A stretch of DNA of 41,454 nucleotides from a virus (IMGVR_UViG_3300033407_000049:1-41454); one strand, 5' to 3'; shown: positions 8,588 through 17,511, counted from the stretch's first letter. Notes: a model not told the origin generated them from the letters alone. Program-made: numbers and translations.

Positions 8588-8625
8588 TTCTTTGGAAAGA
8601 AACCTTATCACCGAAAGGAGGACAC

Positions 8626-9366
8626 ATGAGTCCACCCCCTGTAACAACCAACGATCATCTGGTCCTGATTGGCGGCGTCAGTGGTGGCGGTAAATCCGCT
8701 TCGCTGCGCAATCTGAAAAATCCCGAAGGCGTCCTGTACTGCAATTGCGAAAGCGGGAAAAAGCTCCCCTTCCAGGACAAATTCAAAAAATGCGTCATCA
8801 CCGATCCGTACCAGATCTACGCTGCCTTTGACCAGGCGGAGAAGATGTCGGGTGCCCACACTATCGTCATCGATACCTTGACCTACCTGATGGATATGTT
8901 CGAGAGTGTCCACGTTCTGGGAGCCAAGGATACCATGGCGCAGTGGGGCGCCTACCAGCAGTTTATGAAAAACCTCATGCAACAGTACGTGGCTAAATCC
9001 ACGAAAAATGTTATCTTCACCGCCCATGTCATGGACATTCTGAACGAGAGTGCCCAGTGCATGGAAAGCAAGATCCCGATCAAAGGAGCGTTGAAGAACA
9101 ACGGCGTGGAGAGCTTCTTCAGTTGCGTGGTCACCGCCCGGAAGATGAGTCTGCGGGAACTGGAGCCTTACAAGAATCCGTTGCTGAACATCACCCCTGA
9201 AGAAGAAATGGTCGGCTACAAGCATGTTTTCCAAACCCGCATTACCGCGGACACCGTGAATTCGCGGATTCGCAGTTCCATGGGTCTCTGGACCGTGCAG
9301 GAAACTTTTATCGACAACGACGCGCAGCTCTTGATGGACAGGCTGCATCAATACTATCGAGCCTGA
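8626..9366 (+). CDS. AAA ATPase, Sak4-like (N4 gp44-like)
   Basis: Walker A GVSGGGKS, Walker B IVIDT, IFTAH; AAGGAGG RBS; lies between primase and SSB as in N4. Confidence 0.88.
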   Translation: MSPPPVTTNDHLVLIGGVSGGGKSASLRNLKNPEGVLYCNCESGKKLPFQDKFKKCVITDPYQIYAAFDQAEKMSGAHTIVIDTLTYLMDMFESVHVLGAKDTMAQWGAYQQFMKNLMQQYVAKSTKNVIFTAHVMDILNESAQCMESKIPIKGALKNNGVESFFSCVVTARKMSLRELEPYKNPLLNITPEEEMVGYKHVFQTRITADTVNSRIRSSMGLWTVQETFIDNDAQLLMDRLHQYYRA

Positions 9367-9395
9367 TAACCAGGCCCAACAAGGAGAGAACCACC

Positions 9396-10154
9396 ATGGG
9401 AGTATTTGATAATATCGACAGTTCGGCTACCACCGCACCGGAAAAAGACACCGTACGCGGCTCGCGTCAGGTACCTCTGCCTTCGGGCATCTATAACCTG
9501 ATCATTAAGCATGCCTTTGCCCAGAAAGCCAAGAGTGGTGCTCTGGGCGTCCATGTCCTGTTCCAGGTGGCTGATGGCGAACACAAGGAACGCGAATTTC
9601 GTATTACCGAATACGTTGCTTCCGGGGACGCCAAAGGCAACAAGACCTACTACGAAAAGAAGCAGGACAACGGTACCGTGGAACGCTTCGATCTGCCGGG
9701 TTTCTCGCTGATCAATTCTCTGGCGCAATTGGTAGCCAAGAAGGGTATTACCCAGTGCGCCAACGAGAAGCGCACCATCAAGCTCTACGACTATGACGCC
9801 AAGGCCGACAAGCCGACCGAAGTCGATATGTTCATCGAGCTGGTCAACAAGGGCGTTTGCGGATGCGTGTTGCACCGCATCGAAGACAAGAATTCCAAGA
9901 ACACCCAGACCGGTGAATACGAAGCCACCGGTCAAACCCGGGACAGCAACGTGGTGGACAAGTTCCTCAACGCTGCCGACCGTCGCACCGTCTCCGAACT
10001 GCAGAACAACATTCCGGCCGACTTTAAAGACAAGTGGCTGGAGAAGTGGAAAGATCAGGTCGATGACCAGTCTTCCGAAGTGAAGAACGCCGGTCTGAAA
10101 GGCGCACCGGCAGCTTCCGGAGCCGCTGCCGACAAAGCACCGTTGTTTGGTTAA
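9396..10154 (+). CDS. ssb: single-stranded DNA-binding protein (N4 gp45-like)
   Basis: LPSGIY…AKSGA…LPGF…NVVDKF pattern and C-terminal LFG tail; size and position match N4 SSB. Confidence 0.88.
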   Translation: MGVFDNIDSSATTAPEKDTVRGSRQVPLPSGIYNLIIKHAFAQKAKSGALGVHVLFQVADGEHKEREFRITEYVASGDAKGNKTYYEKKQDNGTVERFDLPGFSLINSLAQLVAKKGITQCANEKRTIKLYDYDAKADKPTEVDMFIELVNKGVCGCVLHRIEDKNSKNTQTGEYEATGQTRDSNVVDKFLNAADRRTVSELQNNIPADFKDKWLEKWKDQVDDQSSEVKNAGLKGAPAASGAAADKAPLFG

Positions 10155-10159
10155 TTTAT

Positions 10160-10239
10160 TGGTCAGGGTTCTTCCCTGGTTATTGTCCAAACGGGTATCC
10201 ACGGGGCTGACTGTATTGCAGTTGGCCTCGTGGATACCT
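10160..10239 (+). promoter_or_regulatory. two intergenic stem-loops downstream of ssb
   Basis: TGGTCAGGG-TTCTT-CCCTGGTTA (10160-10182) and a ~20-bp stem GGTATCCACGGGGCTGACTG-TATTG-CAGTTGGCCTCGTGGATACC (10194-10238) containing G-T pairs. Confidence 0.6.
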
Positions 10240-10281
10240 TCCATTCAACCAAACAACCGAACTAGAAAGGAAGTAACCACC

Positions 10282-10839
10282 GTGAAAATTACTCTGGATC
10301 AGAAAGAAATTGAACAGGCCCTGGTTGCCTTTGTCAGCGGCCAAGGGATCTGTATCGCCGACAAGAATATCGCGGTAACGCTGATTGCCGGCAAAGAATT
10401 GACCGCAGCCATCGACATCTCCGGAGGGGCTACCCAAGCCCTCGTTGCTGCCCCGGTAATGTCGCAAGAGGCTGCTCCTGTATTCGGTCAAATCGTGGAA
10501 GCTGCTTCCACAACTGCAGCGGGTACCGAGGACAACGATCCCGATCGTGAAGCCATCAAAGCGTCTTTGGATAAGATGGGCATTGTCTATCTTCCCAAGG
10601 CTCGTACCGCGACCCTGGTGGCTCTGTACGAGGACGCCAAGGCTGCTCGGGAGGTTATGCCTGCCCAACCCGTTACCGAAGCTCCTGCGCCTGCACAGGA
10701 AGTCGAGAACGTATTCGGCAATGTCTTCGGTGCTCCGGCTGCCGAGCCAGTAAAGGAAGAACCGCCCTTTGACGTAACTTCTCCGGTCATCAAAGAGGAA
10801 GAAGAACTGGACGACGATCGCCCCCTCTTCGGTAACTAA
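10282..10839 (+). CDS. N4-like hypothetical protein (MKITLDQKEIEQAL…), Ala/Pro/Glu-rich, PLFGN tail
   Basis: GTG 10282 with AAGGA RBS (start shortened from the ORF track); N-terminus resembles a protein commonly found after ssb in N4-like phages. Confidence 0.75.
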   Translation: MKITLDQKEIEQALVAFVSGQGICIADKNIAVTLIAGKELTAAIDISGGATQALVAAPVMSQEAAPVFGQIVEAASTTAAGTEDNDPDREAIKASLDKMGIVYLPKARTATLVALYEDAKAAREVMPAQPVTEAPAPAQEVENVFGNVFGAPAAEPVKEEPPFDVTSPVIKEEEELDDDRPLFGN

Positions 10840-10842
10840 TCC

Positions 10843-11058
10843 ATGCGTGTCGTATGGCACGTGATTATCACCCTGGTCGTGCTGCTGGGCATCTGCGGAT
10901 TCCTGGCAGCACTACCTTTTATTACTATCTTCTTTGTTATTGTTGCAGGAATTTTTGCCTTATTTGGCGTAGGCTACCTTATTTATGCTTTAATTCACGA
11001 CGCCAATTTGGTGAAGGAGGACCATGCCCAACACGACGATTCAGAAGGTGTTGAATGA
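10843..11058 (+). CDS. small membrane protein
   Basis: About 50 consecutive hydrophobic residues (two TM helices) and an acidic tail; starts 3 nt after the previous stop. Confidence 0.7.
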   Translation: MRVVWHVIITLVVLLGICGFLAALPFITIFFVIVAGIFALFGVGYLIYALIHDANLVKEDHAQHDDSEGVE

Positions 11059-11377
11059 GCTGATCGCTGCCGATCAGAAATACCCGCCGATGGCGGAAGC
11101 CGTCGAAGGACTGCATACCATCAAATGCGAACTGGCCGAACTGGAGCGTGAAATCATGCGCCGCAGTTTCGACCAAAAAGCCCTGAACAAGGAAGCCATT
11201 CAGGTGGCCGCTATGTCGCTCAAGTTTCTCCGCGACTGCTGCGGCATGGATATACCCGCTGCGTTAATAAGTATTTGTCCGGTGTGCCAAGACTCCCTGG
11301 TTCATAATAATCCAGGAGACGGCACGATTGATACGTATTGCGAAAATTGTGGTTGGCCTGATGAAGGCCGTATTTAA
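11024..11377 (+). CDS. MazG-like helical protein with C-terminal Zn ribbon
   Basis: AAGGAGG RBS; E-rich helices with ELAELERE and KEAIQVAAM; CPVC…CENC. Confidence 0.6.
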   Translation: MPNTTIQKVLNELIAADQKYPPMAEAVEGLHTIKCELAELEREIMRRSFDQKALNKEAIQVAAMSLKFLRDCCGMDIPAALISICPVCQDSLVHNNPGDGTIDTYCENCGWPDEGRI

Positions 11378-11388
11378 CCTTCCAAAAC

Positions 11389-11418
11389 AAAAGCCCCCTG
11401 GATAAGGGGGCTTCTTTT
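11389..11418. terminator. bidirectional intrinsic terminator between the convergent arms
   Basis: AAAAGCCCCCT-GGATA-AGGGGGCTTCTTTT; A-tract before and T-tract after the stem. Confidence 0.85.
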
Positions 11419-11435
11419 CTGCCAGTAATTCCCAT

Positions 11436-11900
11436 CTATTTTAATTTCAGTTTAAATCCTACCAACCAATAGTAATGCCGCTCCAGTCCGTGCCCTCCCC
11501 AGGATTTTCTATCCAAGGGCATGTAATATTCCGTAGTGAGGGCCGCGTAATCGGTCAACCATAACGACAGGTTCTGGGTGTGCGATACTCGCCATTTCTC
11601 GATCGAATAATCCGAGTTTTCCCAGGCATCTGAGCCGTTGCCTATATCCGCTGTAGATCTCCACTGATTAACACCCCAAGCAGTAAGTTTAGGTTCCCAT
11701 TGTAAACAACCCCACCGAACATCTGTAGTAAGTTCTGCTCGATACCGCGCAACCCTATCTCCGACAACAGGCTCATTATGTGGTGGAGCCATAGTTGCAG
11801 AGAGTTCTAGACTGTTTAGTGTTGGTCCTGCGTAGCATAGGGTGTGAAGCCCAAGAGCGGCCAATAGAAAAGCAATAGTAAACACAGTTTTCAACTTCAT
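11436..11900 (-). CDS. exported protein with signal peptide, possible small outer-membrane beta-barrel, 154 aa
   Basis: ATG 11900 with GGAGG RBS; signal peptide MKLKTVFTIAFLLAALGLHTLCYA; aromatic-rich alternating strands ending YYWLVGFKLKLK. Confidence 0.65.
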   Translation of the reverse strand: MKLKTVFTIAFLLAALGLHTLCYAGPTLNSLELSATMAPPHNEPVVGDRVARYRAELTTDVRWGCLQWEPKLTAWGVNQWRSTADIGNGSDAWENSDYSIEKWRVSHTQNLSLWLTDYAALTTEYYMPLDRKSWGGHGLERHYYWLVGFKLKLK

Positions 11901-11937
11901 ACTCAGATCCTCCCTAAATAAACCGGCTGAGTGCCCA

Positions 11938-12510
11938 TTACCTTTCCATGTTTTCTTTCCAGGACTCAAGGTGATGGGAGACAAGACGATTTCCAGTGTA
12001 GCCACACACCTGACACCGGTATCTACCAAAAGTCTTTACGCTCTTAGCCCAATCAATATAGTTTCTGTCCTTTCGTCTATCTGCCCTGTCATTATCAGTC
12101 AACTCGTTGTTGTATCTGGGGTTATTTACCCCGGAATTAAATAATTTACGGTGGCATCCTACGCAGTATTCTTTTCCATGGCTGACGTTTTTTCCACACG
12201 ATTTACACTTATACTTGTTTTGCCATCCACCAGACCACCTGGGATGATTTTCCTTTTTCATGTTTAGGTTCGGGCGTTTCTTGCCTTTCCTCGCGCACGA
12301 CGGGCAGTTGGGGCGGTAATCCCTGTAGTTAATTTCTCTCTCGATACCGCATAGGTCGCATCTTGCTATTACCCTAGCTCGACTTCCCGCTGGGAGTTCT
12401 GACGGAGGTACTCGAATAATTTCTCCAACTTTTATAGTGGATACTTTATTCCGCCAATAGTTGAGGGCAGATCCGTTTATTTGTACAGAAATATACTCGG
12501 TTAATATCAT
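11938..12510 (-). pseudogene. truncated HNH endonuclease with multiple CxxC motifs
   Basis: CDLC, CPSC, CKSC, CVGC; ends CQVCG…LVSHHLESWKENMER*, just after the first His of the HNH motif; ATGA overlap with the upstream fibre gene. Confidence 0.65.
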
Positions 12511-15500
12511 TCGGAATCCCCTATAAAATAGGGCAAGTCTATACGCTTCTGGCCAATCTTTATAGTGTTTCCGTTAAGATCGGTTGTTGCTCCTTCTTGG
12601 TCAATAACTGAAAATTTCGCATCATCTCCCCACGAAGTTCCGTTGTGTTTCATCTCCTTGTAGAGCAACTGAAGATAGGCTTTGCCGTTAGCGCGGGTGA
12701 GGTAGGGGAGGACTTTGGCTGCTGGAGTTGGTGCTACTGTTAAGTCTATGATGCCGTGTAGTACTGGATGCCCCGCTGCTGGGGATAGAACGCCCTCAAA
12801 CAAACTCATTCTAGTAAGGGGTACATTCATAATATGCAGATACGGGCTTATTGATGCCGTAGGAATTTTTCCAATAATATCGGAAATAAGCCCAACGCCT
12901 TGTACCCCTGACGCCGCATTCCCCGCCCACACATCCCCCAAGCTCACCACTTCGGCATTCGTTGCGAGGGTCATCGGGGAGGCTTCGGTGAGGTAGAAGG
13001 TCAACCTGATAACCCCAAGAGCGATAGCTCCAGGCCCTGCAATGTTATTTGTGGCATCCATAGTCTTGGCCGTAAGTACACTCCACGTTGCCCCGCTGTC
13101 GGCTGATTCGAGGATGAGCTTAGTGGTTGTCCCTAGAACCTTACGACTGGCCTTCCATGTCTTACTCGTCCCATCAGGAATCAGGTTCTCGCCATTCTCT
13201 CCCACCAGCAGAGGCGTTCCGGCGATACCATTGTCCTTCCAGGATTGAGGATAATTCGCTGGGTCGCCGATGATGTCGCAGTGGAGGAGGGTTTTGGATG
13301 AAAACGCAGAGTCGCTAGATCCAAGAACTCTTAATTCGTTATAGCTTCTGTAGTTCAGCCCGTCATCGTAAAAGGTGGTAAGAGCAAGTCTGCTCTCAAG
13401 CTGGCTACAAAAGCTTTCTGTGCCGGCGAACTCCGCCCCGTCGCTCAGCCAGTAGACCGATTTCAAAGATAGGCCATTAATGCCGTTATACAGCGGGACT
13501 ATAACAGCAACATCAGTCCCCAACGAGTCTGTTAAACATATTGGCCGTAGCGCACCTTTATATAAAGTAGAAGGCCATCCGGATACGTGATAATTCGTGG
13601 TAGAGTAAGTAAATGGCGCACTATACCTAAACCGCACCGAGAAGTCGTTGCCTAAGTTAACGATCCCGCTTTGATCCCGCTCCCAACCGCGCATCGTTCC
13701 CGCAACAGTCCGAGCGAACTCCTTCTCCAAGAGTCTCTTAAAGTCCTCTGCCCGATGCGCCGAGTTTCTGAGGTCGAGAACATCACGTTCGTTTATTTCA
13801 TCGTAAGATAAGGAATCAGGACGGCCCCTTGTAGTATCTCCAATAGCCCCCGAAGTCTTTCTTACAAGTCCTGCTGTACTTATGCTTTCACTCATGGTAG
13901 AGCTGAAGTCAAAACAATCGGCTACAGATGCCGGATGTGATTTCATGCCTCCACTTGCACCAGACACATGAACCGCGTCATAGAAGTTTGCGGAACCGTT
14001 GGTAATATCAGTAGAACCGAAACTCCAGAAACAGGCTGACCCATTCGGATTAAAAACGGGGTGATACGCACCTTGGTTTCTCCTCTGCACGAGAGCGATA
14101 GGGATAGCGAAGCAGAGTCCTTTGTGGGCTTTGTTTAGCTCCCTCGCATAGAAAACCGTAGGGTCTTGTACCCGGTTAACCACCGCAGTATTGTAAAGGT
14201 TGTAGTCAGTCCAATAGGCTTGATTCTCTTCTCCCAAATCGGCAGAAATACTTGTTGCCTTGCCTTTTGCCGCCGCCCATGCAGTTGGCACACTATAGGC
14301 AAGGCCATATTTATTTCTGTTATAGTGTTTAGCAGAAGCCGTAGTGTTCGACCAAGAACTCCCCAGCCCTTCCACCACTCTGACTCGATACCGCACCTGC
14401 ACAATCTTATTATCAGCCGTGTAATAGAGGTTATTCTCTGGGTCGGCAGCAAAGGCCCGCTTCTGTGCTTCGGTCATGGTTGACCATTTGATGCCCTTAC
14501 CGATCAAAGCAGAAGAGGCTTGCCAGTTACCGAAGAGACTATAGGTACCAAAACCAGTGAACGCCCCGTTAACGCAGGAGATGCCTGTGCCACCTGGGGG
14601 AGTGTAGGAAGTGGCTCCGAACTGTACGTTGCCGTACGGGTAGACAAAGTCCTTCTCGCTGATGTCTTCATGCCACACTTCGAGGAAGACCAGATCCTGA
14701 CGGTCAAGGAGGTCTGCGGTGGCAGGGGCGGGAGGCAGCCACGTCATAACCCGGTCAGCAAAAAATGCGCCGTCTTGTCTTTGTATCCCACTGAGTAAAG
14801 ATCTATACCCATTTGTGCAGATTCTAGGTTTGGTCCCCTCAAAGCCTAAATAAAATATATTTGCGTATAGTGAACCTCCTGCAGTACCTACAGCATTTAG
14901 ACCTTGGTTTACATTTTGATCAGCAGTGGGGGAATTACCTCCCCACTCCACAAACCCACTGCCCGCATACTGACTCCTGCGGTTGGCAGCCAGTGCTTCA
15001 AACGCGGCTTCGGTCATCAGGTTCAGTTTGGTGTCGAGGGTGTCTTTCGTGTAGTAGGTTGCGGCATGATCATGGCTACTGACGGTCCCGGTCAGTTTGG
15101 CCTCGATTTCGCTTTGGAGGATGTCAGAATTCTTCTGGGCATTAGCCGGAGCATGGGCCGAAGCAACGTGAGTCTGGATATTGCTGTTGGCTGCTTCGGC
15201 GCCGATGGCGGCGGGGGTTAGCGCGTCGCTCTGTCCGCTGGCGTGACTGGCCGCATGAGACAACGGTGTACGGCTGTTGGATAGACGGCTGTCGTTGTCG
15301 ACCACCAACGGATTATCCGCACTCGCAGTAACGGGGAACGCCGCCTTTTCGTCGTCAGTCGGCAGGTTATCGTGTTCGTAAGTCTCGGTGTGATTGACTG
15401 GTGTGTAGCGTTTATCCAGTTCTGCCTGCGAGACATTGCCGGTGGATCCACCCGGCTGTTCGACCAGGTACTCGGTTTCTGTGTCTGGTACGATATTGGG

Positions 15501-15521
15501 GTAATCTGAAACCGTTTTCAT
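12507..15521 (-). CDS. putative tail fibre / receptor-binding protein, ~1004 aa
   Basis: ATG 15521 with AAGGAG RBS; fibre-type N-terminal motifs (DSRLSNSRTPLSHAASH, LTPAAIGA, HDHAATYYTK); large beta-rich body. Confidence 0.75.
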   Translation of the reverse strand: MKTVSDYPNIVPDTETEYLVEQPGGSTGNVSQAELDKRYTPVNHTETYEHDNLPTDDEKAAFPVTASADNPLVVDNDSRLSNSRTPLSHAASHASGQSDALTPAAIGAEAANSNIQTHVASAHAPANAQKNSDILQSEIEAKLTGTVSSHDHAATYYTKDTLDTKLNLMTEAAFEALAANRRSQYAGSGFVEWGGNSPTADQNVNQGLNAVGTAGGSLYANIFYLGFEGTKPRICTNGYRSLLSGIQRQDGAFFADRVMTWLPPAPATADLLDRQDLVFLEVWHEDISEKDFVYPYGNVQFGATSYTPPGGTGISCVNGAFTGFGTYSLFGNWQASSALIGKGIKWSTMTEAQKRAFAADPENNLYYTADNKIVQVRYRVRVVEGLGSSWSNTTASAKHYNRNKYGLAYSVPTAWAAAKGKATSISADLGEENQAYWTDYNLYNTAVVNRVQDPTVFYARELNKAHKGLCFAIPIALVQRRNQGAYHPVFNPNGSACFWSFGSTDITNGSANFYDAVHVSGASGGMKSHPASVADCFDFSSTMSESISTAGLVRKTSGAIGDTTRGRPDSLSYDEINERDVLDLRNSAHRAEDFKRLLEKEFARTVAGTMRGWERDQSGIVNLGNDFSVRFRYSAPFTYSTTNYHVSGWPSTLYKGALRPICLTDSLGTDVAVIVPLYNGINGLSLKSVYWLSDGAEFAGTESFCSQLESRLALTTFYDDGLNYRSYNELRVLGSSDSAFSSKTLLHCDIIGDPANYPQSWKDNGIAGTPLLVGENGENLIPDGTSKTWKASRKVLGTTTKLILESADSGATWSVLTAKTMDATNNIAGPGAIALGVIRLTFYLTEASPMTLATNAEVVSLGDVWAGNAASGVQGVGLISDIIGKIPTASISPYLHIMNVPLTRMSLFEGVLSPAAGHPVLHGIIDLTVAPTPAAKVLPYLTRANGKAYLQLLYKEMKHNGTSWGDDAKFSVIDQEGATTDLNGNTIKIGQKRIDLPYFIGDSE

Positions 15522-15529
15522 AGAGCTCC

Positions 15530-15805
15530 TTACCAACGGGCGTAAATAGGATTGCCGTCGCTATCGTAGATTACAAATCCACCGGTATCTGCCAGAAAGG
15601 CGGCGTGCTGACTATCAGATAAATTCATTATCGGCATGAAGCGCCTCTTTATCCCCATTCCTTCCACCAATAGGAAACGGGAAAGAGCGCGCTCAGACCC
15701 TTTCAATATAAAGGGATACGCCTGTATTGCTTCCAATCTCAGCGCCGTAGAAGCAATCACACATGTAGCCAGGGGCTGCAGATGCAGGACTATGATTAGT
15801 CCCAC
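15530..15805 (-). CDS. hypothetical tail-module protein, 91 aa
   Basis: GTG start overlapping the upstream gene; fills the operon gap. Confidence 0.5.
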   Translation of the reverse strand: MGLIIVLHLQPLATCVIASTALRLEAIQAYPFILKGSERALSRFLLVEGMGIKRRFMPIMNLSDSQHAAFLADTGGFVIYDSDGNPIYARW

Positions 15806-16125
15806 AGAGCGCCGCCTTCGGTCTTCACTTCACCCGAATTCACCAGGGAGATAAAGCCGTCTGGATCCAGCGCCAGCAGGTACCAGGTTAGGCCGCTGTC
15901 CGGCAGATCCGCCAGGGTTGCCTGCAGCGAATTGAACCATACCCGATTAGTCAGTGTCAGATCTTGTACGCTAGCCACCGACAGATGCTCGGTACCCTCG
16001 GCATCCAGGACCTTGATCTTGAACTGCCAGGCCGAGACATCCAGCGGCAGCTTGTTCTGGGTGAAGTCCACGTACTCGTGGAAATCGGTGTGGGTGCGGA
16101 TCGTGGTGATATTTTTTAACGCCAT
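15796..16125 (-). CDS. small beta-sandwich structural protein (BppU-N-like, fibre-associated)
   Basis: GGAG RBS; PLDVSAWQFKIKV…TWYLL…NSGEV pattern; location in the tail module. Confidence 0.55.
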   Translation of the reverse strand: MALKNITTIRTHTDFHEYVDFTQNKLPLDVSAWQFKIKVLDAEGTEHLSVASVQDLTLTNRVWFNSLQATLADLPDSGLTWYLLALDPDGFISLVNSGEVKTEGGALWD

Positions 16126-16155
16126 AATAGTGTCTCCGTGAATTGTTGAAAGAAA

Positions 16156-16899
16156 CTATTCCGATAACGAGTATATATCTACTGTAAGCGTTTTTGTGCG
16201 ATTAGGAGAGTACCAATTCCACTGCCCCTCGAAGCACATAAGTCTTACAACATTATACTGTCCGGCATTATACCTAATACCATACATATTATAAATATAT
16301 GAGTAGTACACTGTGCCCCCTTCTAACATGAAAGGGTTTTCGTCATAATAAATATCACCGTGTGTTTTGCACACCCAATTAATCGGTATAATTACTGGCG
16401 GGGACACAAAATTTCTGTTTATTGTGACATCTCTTTTCGTGTGTTGTTCTAGTAATGCAGAATACCTATTGACATATTGGAGCTGTTCGCCATTACTTAC
16501 AAAAGACAGTTTGTTATTACTGCTATAAGTAATAAGCCCGTAATCATCTATTTTATCGGCGTTGTCGTTTCCTTGGCTCAAAACATAAATGTAAATGTGA
16601 CGACTGGTTTCTCCATTGGTGTGGCCATACAATAAAAATTTTACCTTTACCTCAGTGTAACCTACTCCTGGGGTGAACACGGATTCTGTTTGTGCTACTG
16701 CAACACAATTTACAGGAGTTACCGCAATAAGGGGTTTTTCGCTAAAAACTTTATTTAAAGAAAATGAAAGCGTTGTTGGGTGGTCAGTATCTGAAGCAAT
16801 ACTTCTTACATAAGTTTGATGAAGAATCAAACAACTCTTTTCAGAATCTATGAGTATTTCTCCCGACGGGTTCTTTATTTGTAAACCAAATGTTGCCAT
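16156..16899 (-). CDS. tail-tip-associated protein with two related domains
   Basis: FGLQIKNPSGEILIDS and YGLITYSSNNKLSFVS motifs, typical of proteins encoded after tail-tip fibres; AT-rich. Confidence 0.65.
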   Translation of the reverse strand: MATFGLQIKNPSGEILIDSEKSCLILHQTYVRSIASDTDHPTTLSFSLNKVFSEKPLIAVTPVNCVAVAQTESVFTPGVGYTEVKVKFLLYGHTNGETSRHIYIYVLSQGNDNADKIDDYGLITYSSNNKLSFVSNGEQLQYVNRYSALLEQHTKRDVTINRNFVSPPVIIPINWVCKTHGDIYYDENPFMLEGGTVYYSYIYNMYGIRYNAGQYNVVRLMCFEGQWNWYSPNRTKTLTVDIYSLSE

Positions 16900-16902
16900 A
16901 AA

Positions 16903-17511
16903 TTACCCGCAAGCCAGTATAGTAATGTCTGCCGAAGGATCAACTGAAGGGTAAGTATCTTTTGTTGAGTCAATCCATTCCTGCCATATCTCAAAATAGG
17001 TATATAAACCGTTTTCTAAAAATATTTCATAATTTGCGCCGGTAAATCGCGCATAATCGGTAGAGGTCAATGCACTAAATCGCATGTTAATTATAAGTTT
17101 CGGCTCTATTGTTAACGGTATCTGCAAATAATGTCGCTGTCTGTTGGACCATTGGTACACAACAATATTTTCTATTACTTCCGATACCCGGACATTTCGT
17201 GTAAATCCGTCACAAATAATGCCTCCACTGGTATTGTAAATAAGACAGCCGTATTCCAAATTTTTGATAGGAATTGCTGGTCCAGTAACCTGGTCCAGCA
17301 TTTTTACTGCACTCGCAGATGGTGGAGAAGACTCCCAATATTGTGGCCAGATTGCTTCTACGGGACAAGTGGGTTGACACGCACCGCACGAAACACAGAG
17401 TCCATCATCTATTACATAAGATGAGGAACCTTCTTCGATCGCATTATACGGACAATCACCAACACAAGCGCCGCAATTTATACAGTAATCTGGGGAAATA
17501 TAATAAGACAT
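16903..17511 (-). CDS. 2[4Fe-4S] ferredoxin domain fused to a tail-tip-associated domain
   Basis: Residues 1-56 carry CINCGACVGDCP and CVSCGACQPTCP; Ser/Pro linker; then YGCLIYNTSGGIICDG, resembling the motifs of the neighbouring gene. Confidence 0.85.
   Translation of the reverse strand: MSYYISPDYCINCGACVGDCPYNAIEEGSSSYVIDDGLCVSCGACQPTCPVEAIWPQYWESSPPSASAVKMLDQVTGPAIPIKNLEYGCLIYNTSGGIICDGFTRNVRVSEVIENIVVYQWSNRQRHYLQIPLTIEPKLIINMRFSALTSTDYARFTGANYEIFLENGLYTYFEIWQEWIDSTKDTYPSVDPSADITILACG

Noticed and set aside
10193-10239. tRNA or known ncRNA in the ssb intergenic region
   Set aside because: A single long hairpin without cloverleaf, T-loop or CCA features.
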